Virus record (IMG/VR): IMGVR_UViG_3300010370_000033
Source: an uncultured virus (IMG/VR IMGVR_UViG_3300010370_000033)
Taxonomy: Duplodnaviria > Heunggongvirae > Uroviricota > Caudoviricetes
DNA length: 64,000 nt
Direction: 5' to 3' (one strand)
Numbering within the stretch: position 1 is the first letter of the stretch; every line of letters begins with the position of its first letter. Positions 60,205 through 64,000 of this stretch are shown here, piece by piece. The notes beneath the pieces were generated by a model that was not told where the DNA came from, made no database searches, and saw nothing but the letters and a program-made list of their open reading frames with translations. The position numbers were made by a program, and so were the translations under genes.

Positions 60205-60386
60205 AGATGTGTCACCGTTGCGTAAATGGATGCTGTTCCGTGGCAGTAAATGTGAACTGGTTTTTTATAGAAATTTGCTACTTCTTGTGCCTCTGCATAG
60301 ATTTCTTGATAGGGTCCAGCAAGAATTGTGTAATCCTTATTTTCCATTTTCAGAGTGAAAATGGAATTTCCGTTCAGAACAGTCAC
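60201..60386 (-). CDS. Small hypothetical protein
   Basis: 61 aa, ATGA overlaps both sides. Confidence 0.5.
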   Translation of the reverse strand: MTVLNGNSIFTLKMENKDYTILAGPYQEIYAEAQEVANFYKKPVHIYCHGTASIYATVTHL

Positions 60387-60568
60387 TTAAAATGCCTCTC
60401 AAGAATCAGATTCATAACACAATGAGTTGCATAAGAGTTTTCGCGATCTGCTTCAGAGAGATTCTTGGCAAACTCTACCAATTCTTCTGAAGTATAAACT
60501 TTCTGCAAATCGTTCACGAATTGTCTTGCAAAATCAATGCTTTCAGTAATCATTTGAAGTGTTTGCAA
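60383..60568 (-). CDS. Small hypothetical protein (start uncertain)
   Basis: 61 aa, operonic overlap. Confidence 0.45.
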   Translation of the reverse strand: MQTLQMITESIDFARQFVNDLQKVYTSEELVEFAKNLSEADRENSYATHCVMNLILERHFK

Positions 60569-61058
60569 ATGAATGTGAAGAAAATCAATGTATTGGTCAG
60601 TGTGAAATACTTCACTCGCAATTCCATTGATTTAGAAAGTCAACTCCGCGAATTGAATTTCCTTTTCTTCACTCTCATAAGATACTGAAGAATCGGAAAT
60701 AAGTCTAGGGTGATTGTGCCAGTTACAAAATTGGCTTTTGAGGTGAGTTGTTGGTATGAGTAGGAGTCTTAGGTTGAGTCTCATTAAGAATCCAGTGGTG
60801 GACTGGGCTGAAAACTCAAAAAATCATTGATTTCAGGTTGGGAGTAGTGGAGTTCGTTGAGTGCAAATGAAAATGAGACTTTTTGAATTGTTCTAAACAA
60901 CTTGAGAACTCAAAAAAAGAAGCCCATTTAGGGCTTCTGAGAGTTAATGTTATCCAGAACTGTGATGATCTCTTGATTGGGAGTCAGGTAGTCTAGTTGA
61001 ACTACCGTAGGAGAAATCTGAAACTTTCCAACAAGAACAGAAGCGAGAAGAATTTCAA

Positions 61059-61253
61059 TCATACATCACGAATAATAAGTTTTTTATGAGACTTGGAAGA
61101 ATCAGTGAAGTCAACGATATCCTCTACAAGAATTCTCACTTGTTGTTTTTTGTCCCAATCATAATCTTGAAACTCAAGTGGAGTATCTCCTCCATATTCT
61201 ATTACAACTTGAGTGAGAATGGTAATCAGTTCTTGAACAGTTGTGGGATTCAT
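61059..61253 (-). CDS. Small hypothetical protein
   Basis: 64 aa, ATGA overlap. Confidence 0.55.
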   Translation of the reverse strand: MNPTTVQELITILTQVVIEYGGDTPLEFQDYDWDKKQQVRILVEDIVDFTDSSKSHKKLIIRDV

Positions 61254-61648
61254 AGTTGCGCTTGAATTAGTTCTGCAATGGACCCAAAATTGTAGCCGTG
61301 GTCATTAAGTTCGGAGAGTTCTGTTGAGAGATATTCATCACAATCAGACTCTTCATCAAAATCACCATTTTCAGTCATCACTTCAGGACAATTTGTATTC
61401 AGACCCGCCCAATCACTTACTGATTTTGGAAGAAAATCATCTGTTTCTTCAAAGGTATAATAATCATCAGATGTAATATCACCAGTTTTTTCGTGAAACT
61501 CCCACTGTTGATTTGTTTCTTTTAGATAAAGATCCGTGAGAACTCCAAGACAACAGAATCCGTCAGGTGTGTGAAGTTTTCCTTCTGTTTGAGAGTACTC
61601 TCCACTGCGAAGAGCCTCAATCCATTTTTGTTTGATTTCGGGTTTCAT
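61250..61648 (-). CDS. Paralog of 58242-58604 (start MKPEIK)
   Basis: KQKWIEALRSGEYSQ...FCCLGVLTDLYLKETNQ. Confidence 0.75.
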   Translation of the reverse strand: MKPEIKQKWIEALRSGEYSQTEGKLHTPDGFCCLGVLTDLYLKETNQQWEFHEKTGDITSDDYYTFEETDDFLPKSVSDWAGLNTNCPEVMTENGDFDEESDCDEYLSTELSELNDHGYNFGSIAELIQAQL

Positions 61649-61688
61649 TTTTTTGAAATAATAAAGATCATTCAAACTAAAGTTACAC

Positions 61689-61991
61689 TCATTTGTGACT
61701 CTGTGCAATGGAGAATGCTTCATCAAAAGACTTCACATCTTCTGCAACACAAGACTCCAGAAAAGAACCATCAGGCTGTTTTCCTTTATGAATCCAAACA
61801 TTGAAGGAATCATAAGCGATTCCGGCAATATAAGTACCCTCTCCAATTTGTTCACTAGGTCCGCGACGAGTGCAGTGTTTAATCTTGATGTTTTGATTCT
61901 TGGAAAGAGTATAAACATCAAAGGATGATGTTTTCATCGTGCGAACACAGAACTCATTAGAGAGATCGTCGCCAATTTCAAAGAGAGTCAT
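61689..61991 (-). CDS. Hypothetical early protein
   Basis: 100 aa, directly after promoter cassette. Confidence 0.55.
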   Translation of the reverse strand: MTLFEIGDDLSNEFCVRTMKTSSFDVYTLSKNQNIKIKHCTRRGPSEQIGEGTYIAGIAYDSFNVWIHKGKQPDGSFLESCVAEDVKSFDEAFSIAQSHK

Positions 61992-62397
61992 TGTTCTTGG
62001 TTTGGAACATTGTAAGAATAACCGGGCTCTCAGAGTAAATCAAGAGCCCGTGTGCCACTTGAGGAATTGTCAGTCGCGATCAGAAATGTTCCAGATTCCC
62101 CATTGTCCTTGAGAATTGTTTCCTTGAAGAACCGAAATTGCCCAGAGTCTTTCTTCTGAAGAATACTGGTTCCATCTATCCGACAAGTAACAATCATCCC
62201 AGATCTTTTGGGCTCTAGAAATTGTCATCAGAGAATGAGTCATTCCGAGACTTCTTCGCTTTCTTCTTGTTCAATATCGTTCGTGATTGCATCAAGAATC
62301 ATCAGAATCTCATCACCAGTTTTTCCTTTGCGAAGCATATCAAGCATTAGATTTTTAGTTGCTTTAGTCATATTGAAACAAATGTAAAGGAACAATT

Positions 62398-62425
62398 TAA
62401 GCAGTTTAATGTCTTGCTTAGGACA
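62398..62425 (-). ncRNA. Intercistronic H-type pseudoknot motif, copy 3
   Basis: UGUC-CU-AAGC-AA-GACA-UUAAACU-GCUU. Confidence 0.6.
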
Positions 62426-62431
62426 AGAAAT

Positions 62432-62650
62432 TCAGAGATTGTTCTCTGCAATTCGGTTCATTACTTCTTTTGCATATTGAGTAAAATCTGATGGATAAAC
62501 GTATCGTGTAATATCTTCTTTAAGAATTACATCATCAAGAATATCACACTGATCGTAAGTGTCTACAATCAACTTACACGCATCATAAAGAGATGCAAGA
62601 TGAGATTCCTTAGAATCAAATGAAATCGCAGAGTAGGATGGAAGAGTCAT
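62432..62650 (-). CDS. Small protein (start MTLPSY)
   Basis: TGATG overlap with upstream gene. Confidence 0.6.
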   Translation of the reverse strand: MTLPSYSAISFDSKESHLASLYDACKLIVDTYDQCDILDDVILKEDITRYVYPSDFTQYAKEVMNRIAENNL

Positions 62651-62898
62651 CAGAGTTGCTTGGCTTGAAAGGACATAAAAGGACCACAATTCAGAAAATA
62701 TCCATTTGTCTCAAACTCATCAATCATCATCCAGTCTTCGTGCTTTTGAATCAGAAAGAAAGCACCCTTTGTTTCAGAATCTTCTTTTACTGCGCTGAAT
62801 GATTTTGTGGCTTCAGTGTAGTTTGAGAATACTTGTGGCCGATTCCAGAATCCGTGCTCATTGTGTCCGAAAGAAATCACCCGATACCAAATGTTCAT
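62650..62898 (-). CDS. Small hypothetical protein
   Basis: 82 aa in operon. Confidence 0.55.
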   Translation of the reverse strand: MNIWYRVISFGHNEHGFWNRPQVFSNYTEATKSFSAVKEDSETKGAFFLIQKHEDWMMIDEFETNGYFLNCGPFMSFQAKQL

Positions 62899-62901
62899 TG
62901 T

Positions 62902-63102
62902 TCAAACCTCTTGATAATCAATAGAAATAACACTCCAGCCCATCTTATCAGAAATCGTATCTACAAGTTCTTCTTCATCATTCACTTCCCAAATTGTATT
63001 CAGAACTTCATCGTAGATTTCATCTTGAGACTCAAGATCAAGACACTCTTCATACAGATCGTCAGTGAAATCAAACTGAATTTGATTGATCTTGAAGTTC
63101 AT
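62902..63102 (-). CDS. Small acidic phage protein
   Basis: IQFDF...W...EEELVDTISD..GW.V.SIDY; shared leader. Confidence 0.65.
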   Translation of the reverse strand: MNFKINQIQFDFTDDLYEECLDLESQDEIYDEVLNTIWEVNDEEELVDTISDKMGWSVISIDYQEV

Positions 63103-63327
63103 TGGAGTTCTGTGGTGAACAAACGTAGTGTGACAGAGAATCGGGTGAGTTTCAAGCGATGTTGTGACAGTTACGAAACCGTCACAGCCACTCTTCTAAA
63201 AAGTATGAAAAAGTGATTCCATTTTCTCGGCAAAACTCTTCCAAATCATCAGGAAGTTCATCCATCAATTCAGAAGTAGAGAATCGTTCCCAGAGAAGAT
63301 AAAATTGTTCTGTAGTCAGTTCTAACA

Positions 63328-63594
63328 TCAGACAAGTGCCTCAATTTGGTTCAGATAGGTCTCAACTTCTTCTTCGGTCAGATAACCAAGAACATAAGAA
63401 GTGATGGGAGTTTTGTAAGTCAATTCCCAATTATTCTCATTTCCTTCAATAACTGCAAGTTCAAAGAGACCATCACGACCACCATAAGAATAGCGATGAC
63501 TTACAACACTTGCTCCAAAACCATTCTTAAAGAAAACGCGAGCACCGACACCATCGTTAATCTTGTTGGTGAATTGAAGATCGGAGAATTTCAT
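63328..63594 (-). CDS. Conserved phage protein (F.NG.GASV...SYGG..GLFELAV motif)
   Basis: 88 aa; promoter cassette near-identical to the one at about 63120-63185. Confidence 0.7.
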   Translation of the reverse strand: MKFSDLQFTNKINDGVGARVFFKNGFGASVVSHRYSYGGRDGLFELAVIEGNENNWELTYKTPITSYVLGYLTEEEVETYLNQIEALV

Positions 63595-64000
63595 TTGGAA
63601 TTGATGTGAACAAACGTAGTGTGACAGAGAATCGGGTGAGTTTCAATGGAGTCTGTGACACTCAGTCAACTGTCACATTCTTAAGCTCACAGAACTCCAT
63701 TAGAAAATAATCAATCAGAAGATTGAGTTCTTCTGCTTGTTTTGAGAACTCTTCAAACTGAGATTTGTAGAGACAAAAGTATTTTGTATTTACTGTTTCG
63801 TTCATTCTGCTTCTTTAAGAATTAGGTCAAAAATGGTCATGGACAATTCATATTTCAATTCTTCATCTAATTCCCCCATCAGATGTGAAAGGGCATCGGG
63901 AATCATTTCTTGAAGAAAATTCTCATAACGACTATCTTGCCGAATGTAATCAATGACTTCAGAAGTCAGTGTGTCAGCAAGTTTTTGAAAGGTTGAATTG

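Noticed and set aside
1..64000. tRNA or rRNA genes
   Set aside because: No cloverleaf or T-loop patterns noticed by eye; tRNAscan-SE or ARAGORN would be needed to exclude them

Overview
64 kb of a lytic T4-like cyanomyovirus genome (Kyanoviridae-like; AT-rich). 1-43.4 kb is the minus-strand late morphogenesis module (g25, g6, g7, g8, VrlC/DUF4815-type protein, g13-g21) with T4-type (A/C)TAAATA late promoters. It carries many mobile elements: a solo tnpB (IS200/IS605 family) whose predicted guide is the end of the portal gene, a degenerate intein in the portal, a terminase fractured into two ORFs (class 3 LAGLIDADG intein plus an atypically split TerL intein starting with Ser), and a free-standing GIY-YIG gene. 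43.4-47.9 kb holds probable internal head proteins, a tandem-HNH endonuclease and a PNK pseudogene. 48-64 kb is an early/ORFan region built from repeated regulatory cassettes: a GTG(C/A)CA-N10-TG(G/T)CAC palindrome that in several cassettes sits between two divergent -10 boxes, one driving a small ORF and the other a conserved short non-coding element; three covarying intercistronic pseudoknots; iteron-like arrays; and an orphan Panacea-type antitoxin. No tRNA, rRNA or CRISPR array was seen. All calls are by-eye motif recognition, with no database searches run.
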